Shown here piece by piece: positions 1-11,355 of a stretch of 64,000 nucleotides of DNA. The DNA is taken from assembly GCF_041146345.1 (NCBI RefSeq), contig NW_027191413.1, forward strand, positions 1,674,001-1,738,000, given 5' to 3'. This DNA comes from Neodothiora populina. Its lineage: Eukaryota. The notes beneath the pieces were generated by a model that saw nothing but the letters and a program-made list of their open reading frames with translations, ran no database searches and had not been told where the DNA came from. Position numbers and translations under genes: made by a program. The stretch's first letter is position 1. Each line of letters starts with the position of its first letter.

Positions 1-605
1 TGCACTTCCTTGACATGCAGCCACAGTTCTCAGCGTGCTTCTCGATTTCATTTGGGGGAGGGTGACAGCTATTATCGTCAGTAGATCATTGGTGGGCTTA
101 ATAACCAGCAAAGGACTCGATGTCTTAATTCATCTGTCCTGGTGTCAATGATCTGCTTCTCAGCTTATGTACTAAGATAGAAAGTACAGCACAGTATATG
201 CCCCGGATCTCAAGGACCTTGTGGATGACTCGACTCGAAAGGTGCGACCGTAATTATCTATAAAGTAAAGAGGAAATCTCAAATTAGCTCAAACACCCAA
301 TAATTATACTGTAACCCAGTGAGTAGCGCCACAATTTGCCAGTCTGAACCACGAACCTGGTCAAGTCCTCTTTATCGGAGATAACGTGGTTCCGCAAGGG
401 TCGAGCACTCCCCGAAGCCCACTGCCTCGCTTAGGTACCTCCCGGACTCCTAATCGATGTCGGCTGGCAGCTCATCTCCGCTTACTTCACTGCTCAGGTC
501 GGGCGTTTCCAGAGCCTCGTCGATGAAAAGTCACTGTGAGTATTCATTCAGCTGACATGAGCTTGTGAGGACGAGTTTCGTCAACACCCTCTGTCTTCGA
601 CTGCC

Positions 606-2893
606 ATGGCGACCACCGTCGATTGCACGGCTATCATCGCTGGCATCAGCAGCAACACCGAGTCCACACGTAAAGTAGCTGCATACCATCTTCAGAGTGC
701 CGTGAGCGATGCGTCGTTCGCCGACCGCTTCGTGTCAGCCGGTGGCATGCCGGTCTTGAAGAATGTGGTTCTCGAAGAACACGGAAACGCATTGGCATAT
801 GCGCTGGGCAGTTTCGTCAAGTTGCTGGAGGCGGGAATGGGCTGGGATGTTGTTAACCCAGACATAATCGAACGGGTAAGATGAAATCAACCCTATGCCA
901 TATCGATGCTGCAGCGCTGCTGTGTTGCTCCTGCGTAATACTGTATTCTCAATTCGTGGTTGTATATAGGCTATCCAACTCGTCATAAGTCGACCTCATA
1001 TCAATGTTCTCCGCAATGCTTTGTCCCTCCTGATGCTCGTAGTCACTCGGAGGCCCGATCAAACCAGATACATACGCCCTGCCAGCTCCAGCTCGGAGCG
1101 AAGCTTTGGTATCAGCGATGTCATGCCCTTGCTTCAGATGCACGAGGAGTTTCTAGAATGCCTCATAGAACATCTAGGCTCTGCGGATCACGCTCTTTGC
1201 GTCAATGCTCTGAGTCTGATCAATGCCTTGATGCGAGTCTCCATAGTCAGTGGTACTGGCGATGCGTGGCCGCAGTTTGTCATTAGACTCCAAGAACTTG
1301 GTGTCCTTAGTGCCGTAGAAGATCTGATGCGTGTTCCTGCCCCGCAGGATCTTTCACGCTGCCTGCTTGACTTCCAGAATCTGATCAAGGTGCTTCTGGC
1401 TCGCTGTCGCCGTGTAGCTCTCGAGCTTGAGAAGTACGAGCACCGCTCCGCTCTCAATGAATTGCACAACGCAAGCTTCCGACCTGACTACCCACTATCT
1501 ACTTCGTCGAATGGGTCCGACTCCGATCGGCCCTCAGACAAGTGGAGGAGACTCGGGTTCCAATCCGAGAAACCAGCGTCAGACTTCGAGGACGCGGGTT
1601 TCTTGGGGTTGATGGATCTCTCTGATTACGTGCGTAGGAACACCGACGCTTTTCGAAACACCCTGTTGGAACAGAGTATCTTACCTCCGGACCAGCGCTG
1701 TCCAGTGGCCCGGGCAAGCTTGAGCGTCACCATGTTACTGTATGAGTACTTTGACGTAGAGAAAGCTGTGGACGACGATGCTATCTCCGGACTACCTACG
1801 AGCATTGGCGAGGATAATCTCGAGCAGCAAATCGAGCCGCTCCTCCTACACTGGGAACGACTACACCGTGCCTCTCTGCTCGCTTTCTTCAGATTGTGGA
1901 AAGAGGCCGGAGCTGTTGACAAGGACTATCACAAGGTCGAAGACCTAGCCAGGCTCCTAATTGGGACCGTTCTAGGACGATTGGACCGCAAAAGTCCAGC
2001 CGAAGAGGTCGAGCGAAAGCTTGTTAATGCCTCGCTGAGCGATGTGAGGAAATGGCAATTGTCAGAATTGGATGAGGCATACGACTATGCCTGGGGCGCT
2101 GATCTTGTGTACGCTCACGGCGACCTACCAATCATACACCTTGATATGCTGACCTGTTTCGTGCAGACAATTACGAAGTCATATCCACCAGGAGTCTCTA
2201 CAGTTTCTGAAGGAACAGCGTATTCGATGCCTTCTTCAAGGCTCCTGGTTCCCGGTGATATCTTCCGCATCTGATCCGGCAATGTCAATACATCCAATTC
2301 CACAAACTGCCAGAACAACCGTCACTGCCTGGCGTTTCGTCAGGTTATCATACGATCGCGGATTCTTGCACCATGCCACATTCCCCCAGAAACTTGATCG
2401 AGCTTTATCGATTCTGGAGCTCCCGCAAAGACTCGACCTAAACACAATCAGCTCGGTAGACTCGAGCGTCTCGAGAGTGTCAATCCCGACTGACTACGAG
2501 ACGTCCAATCCAGAAGAGCTCACGAATGGACGATCTGCAAGTCATGTTTCGACGACAGCACCGTCCAACACCGTCACTAGCCTTACCATATACGGGACTT
2601 CTAGCTCTGCGTTGCTGGCAGTTGGTCAGGAGGAAGTTCTCATGGAGCTGAACAGCGGCAGTGCCTCACTCGCGTCCGAGTGGTTGGATGGTCTTTTGAT
2701 GCTGTTGAATCAGCAGCCGATCACGGCCGACACGAACAGACTCATCGAGACACTCAATGATTGGTCGCTCAAAGTCCACATGTTGAATTTGAGATGGGAG
2801 GATGTCGACTGGAATCAAGCGCGGACAGGTAAATCACTAGACTTACCTCCTCGACCGACGGATCGTGAATATTGGTATGAAATGGGCGTCTGA
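606..2893 (+). CDS. ELMO/CED-12 family protein (ELMO domain + C-terminal PH-like domain); 3 exons
   Basis: Exons 606-875, 970-2108, 2167-2893, with GT-AG introns 876-969 and 2109-2166 joining the three ORF-track fragments in frame. Motifs DKWRRLGFQSEKPASDF..GFLGLMDL, CPVARAS and FLKEQRIRCLLQGSWF are typical of ELMO proteins. Confidence 0.9.
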
Positions 2894-4768
2894 TAAGAAC
2901 GGCTTTGGAAAGTCAAGAGCTTGTCCCATTCATTCATGGTCAGGGATCCCCAGAATTTGATAACTATTTCAAGTATAATAATAATGAGACCTTGGCAATA
3001 ATGGACAGGGTTGGTCCACGATCACTACAACCAATGGACGCGCTATCTCGGAGCCCACTCAGATGGGATAGCCGATCGCATCGAACTAGCGATGCGATGA
3101 GACAACACCATCTACGCGAACAGAGGCTAGAGAGGCTAGAGAGGGAGACGAAGCTTCCTGGCCCCCACAGACTGCAAGCCAGATAACGTATTATAGTTTA
3201 TAGGAGACATGCAGCTGTGCAGAAAGGTAAGTGTGAGGTAGCTTGCATGCACGGGCAGGAGCAAGCATAGACCTGCCTATCGATTTTCCAGCAATCCTAC
3301 TGGCCGGCGAATTTTCGATATCATTCCTGGTACTGTGGACATCGCAATATATCGTGTCTGCCTGCCTGCACCTCGACCAAGATACTCTATTGTACGATAT
3401 CTGGTCCCTAGGTAAGGCACAATACTTTGGGCAGACGAAAAGCTTACCTTACCCTATGGCGTTCATTGGCTACCTCGCCTACCTCTCGCAACTTAATCGA
3501 TCTGACATATTGGTTTGTGCATCGTGCATCGGACAATAATACGAAGGTTACAGTACAGCACGACATTGAAAAATAAAATGTGCACACACATACCAAGTCG
3601 AGGTCCTTTGCTCCACAACGCGCCAATGGTAGCCATTTTAGATGGGCGCTTAAAACCGTTTGCTTGCCGGGCCAGCCGTTACGCCGATGGCGACAGACAG
3701 TCGTGCCACGGCGCCAACACCACCCATTTATGTGGATTTTCCTCGCGCAATATTTCGGTCGAAAGCCAAAATAGCAAGGTCGAGCAAACGCGAAGGACTG
3801 ATAGTACAGTATAGTATATGTCGCCCGCTCTCGAACAATGTCAACTCCGTGCTTAGTCCGGGAAAATGGGCTTGCGTGCATAAGGTACCTTGGGTAGCTC
3901 CACGATCTAGCGACGGATGGCAATCAGACCCTGCGCCTTGCATGAGGTCCCCATGTAAGTCATGCATGGCCAAGGAGCCTCACAGCCAATGATAAACTTT
4001 GGACCGACGGGACCAGGGGGGCCACTTTTGCTCCATCCACTCCACACATGTCAGGAGTTACAAAGGATCTGCTTGCATTAGTATTGAGCGTGTCGACATC
4101 GCGCTCGTAGCGCTGCTTGATTGCTTGCTTGCTTGCTCCGCTCCACAGCTCGCTCGCTTGTCAGGTATGCTTTTCTTGGATTGTGGGACTCTTGGTTGGC
4201 CGGCCGGCCCAGAGAATGGTTAATGAGAACTGTTGCCCCTCCCCTTATGGAACCGGCAAACGGAGAGATTAGTGCTTTCTCTCTCTGCATGCAAGCGACC
4301 CGACAGCAAGGAGGGACTGCAGCAGGTGCATGTCATAAGCAAGCGGCCGCGCCATGCAATTTAATCTTTCGATGCGTCCTCGCAGTTTGTCGGTAGGACA
4401 TCTCCACCAGACACTGACAGCAAGGTCTTTGATCTTCTTCTGCATGTGCCTTGCTTTCTTGTAACCTTCCCCCTCAAGGATAATACTGGTGAGCGTGTGT
4501 ACGCATAGAGTCAGTACTTCCGTCGAGAAAGAGATGTCGTGAGCTGGCCTTGCAAGACTGACCTTGCCACTCTCATTTTTTACATTCTATGGTGAGCAGC
4601 CTTTCTTGATAACAGACATCATCTTGAACCGCCACAACCTGTGTCTAGCAAAAGAGAATGTGGTGGGATCTGAAACGGAGATCATAAGCTGATACTCGCA
4701 TTACAGCAGCCTTGGACATTGGAGTTGGGTTTGACTTTGGAAGGGCAATATAAAAGCATAGCACCACG

Positions 4769-5956
4769 ATGAATCCTAATCGTAGAGCGTCTCTTATACA
4801 ACGTTTAGGTCGAATGGATTCACGCGCAGTTCATACCTCTCGGGAAACCGATAGTCGACGGCCCAGAAGGTTACGGCGCCTAAAGCGGGATGAAGCGATA
4901 TGGTTCATGTCTTTGCCGGAGAAGATCCAGACGCAGCTCTTTACGAATGAGGAGCTCTTACAACTGGAAGCAGCTTGTGAGATTGCACTGTTGGACATCC
5001 GGAAGGAAATTTCGTGTAGCTACGAAGCTGCATTATTTCCGGAAAAGACTTATCAATCCGAGGATTCTTCGGTCAATGGCATCCAGATTGACTATCCGAA
5101 TATCATAAGCCGTCACCTACACAACATGCCGGAAACTCCATCACGGAGGTCTGCCACGATGTCACGCCCTGCATCACGAAGTCCTGGCCTAGACCACACA
5201 CATGAAGAAATTCGATCTCCGTTTCATACCGCTAGCCGGTGTTGCTCGTCACTGTCAGGAGACAGTTCAGTGGACCGTATCACTACTCCCGAAACGAATC
5301 GGCATGACCGGGTCCTGACCAGCTGGCTCAGCGACAGCACTGAAGTTTCCGAGATAGTGCTGAAGCATACGCAGGATGGACAGGTTTACAGCGACGGACA
5401 GGAGTCTGTTGTCGTCATTGGACACGACACAAGCGTCAACGATGAGATCTATTCGAGATTGGAAGAAGTGCCCAAGGATGGGGGAAGGGATGGGCCACCA
5501 GAGCCGAGAGCCATAGCCAAAGTGCCTGCATACCCATCACAGACGGACACGACCAGTCTGCGGCCTCGGTCGAGGATGAGTATGGCCAGCGGGAAACGGA
5601 GTCTGAAAAGTGACGGAGGGCTCAGCATAGCTACGGCGAGGTCTGCCTTGACCAGACGCTTTTCGTCGCCGAGGAACATGAGCAGGGCGGACTCATGTCG
5701 CTCGATCAAAGAAGAAATAAGCCCCGAGACGAGACGATCACGGCAGGACTCTGCCACAGCAGGACACGATGCAGCGTACCACCAACGGCAAGTGCAAGGG
5801 CAAGATCCGGTCGAGCAGCTCCCGGCTGACCCGTGGGCTCTCGAACCCCTTGCATTCTTGGAAGAGAGCTCACCAAGTTCACCTAGCGACTCTATGGTGG
5901 AGGCTAAGCGGGTCAATGTATGGCAAGGTTTCAAGCGTGGGTTACGAATGTCATGA
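4769..5956 (+). CDS. Hypothetical Ser/Arg-rich protein, 395 aa
   Basis: Single long ATG-initiated ORF. WFMSLPEKIQTQLFTNEE resembles a motif I recall from uncharacterised Pezizomycotina proteins; otherwise low complexity. Confidence 0.65.
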   Translation: MNPNRRASLIQRLGRMDSRAVHTSRETDSRRPRRLRRLKRDEAIWFMSLPEKIQTQLFTNEELLQLEAACEIALLDIRKEISCSYEAALFPEKTYQSEDSSVNGIQIDYPNIISRHLHNMPETPSRRSATMSRPASRSPGLDHTHEEIRSPFHTASRCCSSLSGDSSVDRITTPETNRHDRVLTSWLSDSTEVSEIVLKHTQDGQVYSDGQESVVVIGHDTSVNDEIYSRLEEVPKDGGRDGPPEPRAIAKVPAYPSQTDTTSLRPRSRMSMASGKRSLKSDGGLSIATARSALTRRFSSPRNMSRADSCRSIKEEISPETRRSRQDSATAGHDAAYHQRQVQGQDPVEQLPADPWALEPLAFLEESSPSSPSDSMVEAKRVNVWQGFKRGLRMS

Positions 5957-7063
5957 AACAGCTGTGGAACGCAATTTGACCATGAAGTCGATACTTTAGG
6001 AAGCCATGGGTACATTATACCTAATGCGAAGAGTGTACTACAGCAGACGAGGGGCAGGCAACGACATGCAATCTGTAAAGTCTACTGTGCTCTTGTAGCG
6101 ATAGCCCAGTCTGTATCGTGATCTGTGATCTATTGCGTAACTAGACATACGCTTACATGAATCACTCGTATAAGGCTGTTAATGGCGAGGTGGTGAAAGA
6201 TTAGAGTTGCAGCTTGGTGCCTCCCAAGAAGCTTAAGGCAAGGCAGGGCAAGCTAAAAGCAACCGACGGGTGCGTTCTCGAGTCCCCTAGTAAGAAGAAA
6301 AGTTGAGGAGCCACCCCTTTTACTGTGTTAGCAGTAATCATATTATATCACACACAAAACAAACATACATCTTCTTTGTTGCTCACTCGCCCGCTTCGAC
6401 TCAATTTTCCAGCAAGACAGCAAACGAATCGAGATCCGAAAAGACTGGAGTCAGTGCAGATACTGTAAGATAAGTGTGCCTTGATTAGAAAAGTTGCCGT
6501 CTTACGCCAAGCAAGGAGTCGGTCGAGTTCCATCAAACCGCCTTTGAGGCTTGCTTGTACGTGTACAGTACTGTAAAGTGGTGCTTTTCGTATGCCTGAG
6601 GGTTAGCGATTGAAATCAATTGATTATCGCTTTCGGCTTTCAGCTTCAGCCTTCAGCTTCACACAGACCCCTTAGATCGCAAAGCCAGCTAATCATTGTT
6701 TCCATCACAGAAGCATTGTTGACGATCAACGCTTCATCACTGACCATTTGTCCCATTGGGAATTGACCACACCTGGCCTCGTCACCTGATCTGCTGTCTG
6801 CCCCATCAACCACAGCTATAGAGACAGAGACAGACAGATCCACAAGGGCAATAATCGTGGCGCCTCCCTCTTCCAAACGTGTCGAGTCGACGGGACGTTC
6901 CACTCGTCGCAGAGTCTCGTCGGTCAACCATCAGCAGAGACAGCATGCTCTAGACGCTACAGCTACAGCAGCTCGCAGATCATCCCCGCCGCCGCAATCG
7001 CGAGACCGCGAAGTCGATCAGACGTCTGTCCTGCACTCTTCGTCCGACCCCTACACTCAGCCA

Positions 7064-8618
7064 ATGTCTCTCTCGCGTTCGCCTTCGCCGCAACGAGCTG
7101 GCGGCTGGTCCAGTCCTGGCCTGAGTAATTCTTTCGCCCACAGCAGATCCTCGACTCCGGTCAAGAGCTACAGCGTGAACCCGGCGACAACAAGTCAGCC
7201 TCACAATGTCACCTGGGCTTCGGCTCAAGCCAGGAGTGCCCAGGTCAACGGCTATCCCGCCTACCAAGACACCGGGCTGGGCTTCTTTGGCAAACACATG
7301 CGCAACATCTCCAACAGTCTGCCTTTTTTCAACCAACACCCGCAAGATGATCGCTTTGCCGAAAAAGAGAAGCTGGGTCGCGGGCGATGGCAGCCACGGC
7401 CGGGAAGCTCGAGGTGGGCAGGTATCGGTGGACGCTTGGGACGCCTTCTCTGGCGCATGAGATTGAGGGTCATGGTCATCCTCGTTTTGCTTGCCACCGT
7501 GCTATCATTTTATGCTACGCGTGAGTTGTGTATCCTATTGTTCCTTGCGACTTTCGCTGACCCCGTCGACCAGCTCTTCATTACTGGTATCGCCGCACCT
7601 CTTGGCTCGGTGGAGGCAGTAAGTTCGTCGTTATACTCGCTGCCAACCAAGGTGGAGGTGTCATGGAATGGAAGGGACCCCGCGAGTGGGCCATCGAGCG
7701 TGACAGTGTGCGCAACAAGAAGAAATACGCTCAGACCTGGGGTTACGACCTCGAAATCGTCGACATGAGCACGAAGAAAAGATATGCTCACGAGTGGAGG
7801 GAGAGCTGGGAGAAGGTCGATACCATTCGCAACGCGATGAGAAAGTATCCACACGCAGAGTGGTACGTGGACGGCATCGCGCCTTGCATTGTCATTGACG
7901 GTGTATGCTGACCCATGAAAACAGGTTTTGGTGGTTGGATCTCAACACCTTCATCATGGAACCTTCCTACTCCCTGCAGTCCCATATCTTTAACAACCTG
8001 AACGCAAACACTTACCGTGACATCAACCACTACAACCCTCTAAACATCTCCCACCCGCCCACGGCAGCTCACCTTGACCCCGAGACTCTCTCGCCCGTCG
8101 GCGACGGCAAACCCGAGTCAATCAATGTCATCATACCGCAGGACTGTGGTGGATTCAACCTCGGATCTTTCTTCGTCAGGAGGTCGGCATGGACGGATCG
8201 ATTGATCGACATCTGGTGGGACCCCGTCGGCTACGAGCAAAAACACATGGAGTGGGAGCACAAGGAGCAGGACGCGCTCGAATACATCTATACCAATCAG
8301 CCCTGGGTGCGACCGCATCTTGCCTTTATCGAGCAACGCAAGGTCAACAGTTTCCCTCCCGGTGCATGCGGCGACAACGGCGAGGATCCAAACATCCATT
8401 ACAAGGAGACGGACCGCGACTTTGTGGTCAACATGGCCGGATGCGAGTGGGGTCGGGACTGCTGGGGCGAAATGTACAATTACCGCCAGCTGAGCAACAG
8501 GCTGAACCGCGGCCTGTGGGAGAAGTTTAAGGATTCTGTCTCCGACGGCTTCGGGAAACTGAGACCTGGTAAAAAGGAGGAGAAGGCGACGGAGCAGCAG
8601 CAGCAGCAGCAGCAGTAG
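7064..8618 (+). CDS. MNN10: GMA12/MNN10-family (GT34) glycosyltransferase, Golgi alpha-1,6-mannosyltransferase subunit; 3 exons
   Basis: ATG 7064 (MSLSRSPSP..GGWSSPGL); introns 7521-7573 and 7863-7924. Single TM helix; motifs YAHEWRESWEKVDTIR, FWWLDLNTFIM, QDCGGFNLGSFFVRRS and EHKEQDALE. Confidence 0.92.
8595..8615 (+). repeat. (CAG)7 microsatellite encoding the C-terminal polyQ of MNN10
   Basis: Direct reading, immediately before the TAG stop. Confidence 0.9.
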
Positions 8619-9292
8619 TAGCACGACGAGAAACATGTACCGGGGGAGAAAAGGCTGCCCAAGACATGTCAATATAATGCGGTTTCTCTCTTTCTTTTTC
8701 GTTTCTTTTGGCGACTCCGCACGGCAATGACGATGGCTTTGGGGAAGTCCCGATTGCTGCCACGCGTGAGATTTATATAGGACAATATTTTGGTGTATCA
8801 AAACATTATACGATGCTTTTATCTCCAGACTCGCGATTTCTTGGGCTGTTGACGCACGTGGTAATTGTCGGTGATGCACATTTAATGAATCAATTGAGCA
8901 AATAGAACACAACAAGCAACCGTGTTCCATGTATACCTACCCGACCTACCTACCCAAGGTACCTTCCCTACCTCCTCCCTACCTCCAGTCATATATCCGT
9001 CCGTCCATTCATCATCACTTCAGCAGCTTAACTCCAACCTCTATTGGCAACTCTCAAGTTTCTTCTCCTCCAGGTCAATACATGTGCATAGCATATAAAG
9101 TAGAGGTTGACGTGAGTGGTACAATCGTAGTTTTTTGATATGGACGCGCAAGCAAGACTAAAGCAGTATAAGTCTGATCTGATCCATCAACGGGAGTATA
9201 TAGGTTGTGTGTATGTGCGTATGTTGGTGCTTGCAGTTCTCCTTCCTCGACTCGAGATGCTGGCTGGCTTTGACGAGGCTAGACCAGGCAAT

Positions 9293-9696
9293 CTACGACT
9301 GCTTGTTGTGTTGCTCGTAGAGGAAACCCTTGATCTTCGAGTGCTTCAATTGCTCAAGGTAGCGGTCTTTTCGGGAGGGTATACAAAGTCAGCATTTCTT
9401 TCTCGATACAATTGGCAATTGCCAGGAACGTAAAACACAAAAAACCAGAAGAGAAAAGAACAAGAAATACCTCGCAGATGTCCGCATTTCTCAAGGTGGT
9501 TCACTCCCTCCCGGTAATAGCACTTGCCCATCTCCTCTCTGATCAGACGCGCCATCATGCTCTGCACCCACTGCTCGCGAATGATGGAGTCCTGGGCGGC
9601 TTTGAGCGCCCTGGTGTCGTCGTAGTCGACGCCGTCGAAAGTCGGCGGGACGGTGGGCTTGGATGCCCTGAATGATGCGGACTCGGGAGTGGGCAT
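9293..9696 (-). CDS. NADH:ubiquinone oxidoreductase 12 kDa subunit (NDUFB10 family); 2 exons
   Basis: MPTPES..KPTVPPTFDGVDYDD..IIREQWV..CYYREGVNHLEKCGHLR; intron 9367-9470; exon 2 DRYLEQLKHSKIKGFLYEQHNKQS*. Confidence 0.92.
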
Positions 9697-10039
9697 TGTG
9701 TTGTCGTATGTGTGTCGATTCAAGGTGTTGTTCTGGTAGTGGGCGGATTCCTACGGCGAGGAGATTGAGCTGTCTTTTGGGGATGATGCTGCCGAGGGGT
9801 AAAGTGTCACAGTAGCGCAAGAGCGACGAGAAGCGACAGCAGCAACGATCGGTGGTGAACAAGCTGGATTGGGATCGAGATAGTCCTGCTTCTTACATAC
9901 AGCCCTGCCGCCAGTGGTCGACGACGGACGACTTGCGGAGTCTCAGATGCGCACGGACCAGGGGTCTCACTGTACCGACTGCACTTCCGCGCTGTGGACC
10001 ATCAATTGCTGTTTGTCTGTTGCATACTACTGTATACCA

Positions 10040-10441
10040 TTACTTGGATTTTTGCTTCATCTTCTTCTTGTCCTTGGTCTTCCTTTCTTTCCTGTCGCCT
10101 TCTTTTTCTACACTGTTTCTGTTCTTCTTCTTTCCCTCTCGGTGCTGTCTCTGCTCCGTCATGTCGACTTCGGGTAGGCCGTAGCTGACTTTCCACTGCC
10201 ACTCGTCAAAGCGCACCATGGGTCGACTCTCGAGGCGCTCGAGGAGCTCACTTCGTTGCCGCTCACACCCCGTGCACAGTCTCTCGATGTTCAAGGTCTG
10301 AAACGGGTGCGACTCGGTTTCACATGTTCGCGAGTAAGAAGAGGTAGGATCGATCGATGCGTGTCTGCACATGACGAGTGGCTTCGCACTGTAGAACGAA
10401 TGACCGCATGTCGTGAAGATGTAGAGCTTGTGATAGCACAT
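10040..10441 (-). CDS. Small Cys/His-rich hypothetical protein with Lys-rich tail, 133 aa
   Basis: ATG 10441: MCYHKLYIFTTCGH...C...C..ESHPFQTLNIERLCTGC...FDEWQWKVSY, then a basic tail. The Cys spacing suggests metal binding. Confidence 0.75.
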   Translation of the reverse strand: MCYHKLYIFTTCGHSFYSAKPLVMCRHASIDPTSSYSRTCETESHPFQTLNIERLCTGCERQRSELLERLESRPMVRFDEWQWKVSYGLPEVDMTEQRQHREGKKKNRNSVEKEGDRKERKTKDKKKMKQKSK

Positions 10442-11355
10442 TTTCTTTGGGTTTCTTCTTCTTGTTCGTGTGACGAGCAAGATTATCACACACTTGCTTA
10501 CACCTCGCTATTTATCACTCTTCGTGTCATGCTGTCTTCGGCGTGCCTGTTTCATTGTCTTCCATTTCAGCATCGGTCTTGGTATAGCGTCGTCTCATTT
10601 GTTCTGTTCTCTGTTCTTTCAACATTCTCTGCATGTGTCCACCATTTCAGCCTTTGTCTTAGACAATCCGATCCCATTGATCATCACTTTGGACAATGTG
10701 AGAATCACTTCGCCAGCAGTGCCCGGTCCGCCAAATCTTCCTGTTTTAAGACCGCCAGGCCGCAATACATTTATGCTCATATCAACTTTACAAAGGAATA
10801 AACTTCACCAGTCAGAGCTCCATTGTTACAGAAGTCTTCAACAAACAGCTGTCTGCTTTCAAACCCCACCAAAGGGAAAAGGGGTAGAGAGACCCTGTTC
10901 GATCGGGTTTTGTCTTGTAGCTAAAGAATCAGACCACTGTCTCCCTGCCTGCCTGCTTTATGGAGGTTTTTTGTTTGTTACACTTGTAGTGGGCTAGGTA
11001 CTGTAGATTAGTTGTAGATAGACTGTAATCCTCGAGCTTCGGCGTATATCATGTTGTCGTGCAGGGGTTATATCTTAGTCCAAGTAACGGGGTCAAGGAG
11101 GGTTTGATCCGAATATGGAACAACATGAGAAAATAGCACCTGGTTGCGCTGGTTTCAATAAGTTTCATCACAGAGCTACCATTACTTGACAAAGTATACT
11201 ATAACCAAAGCGCACATCACGTTCGTAACTCCGCATAGAATGATTGCCTTCTCGCGTGTGAATTTTCGTCTCTCCAGGTCTCCAACCATTCGCTTTTCTG
11301 TCTGCCGTAAATGAGAATATAAATGTATCGCTGGCCTTCCCCGTCCTCGACCGCA

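Noticed and set aside
2107..2172. GT|GTACGC...CAG|ACAA in ELMO, resembling a [D2,3] stwintron
   Set aside because: The downstream sequence encodes conserved ELMO residues, so a single intron explains it.
3075..3098. Perfect 9-bp hairpin ATCGCATCG/CGATGCGAT downstream of ELMO
   Set aside because: A stem this short can occur by chance in 64 kb, and there is no other support.
6173..6186. AGGCTGTTAATGGC, resembling the fungal SRP RNA 5' end
   Set aside because: Imperfect match, with no S-domain motifs or Pol III terminator at the expected distance.
6599..6606. CTAACCCT (minus strand), telomerase-template-like
   Set aside because: Only 8 nt, little free space before the neighbouring gene, and no pseudoknot or CR4/5 features seen.
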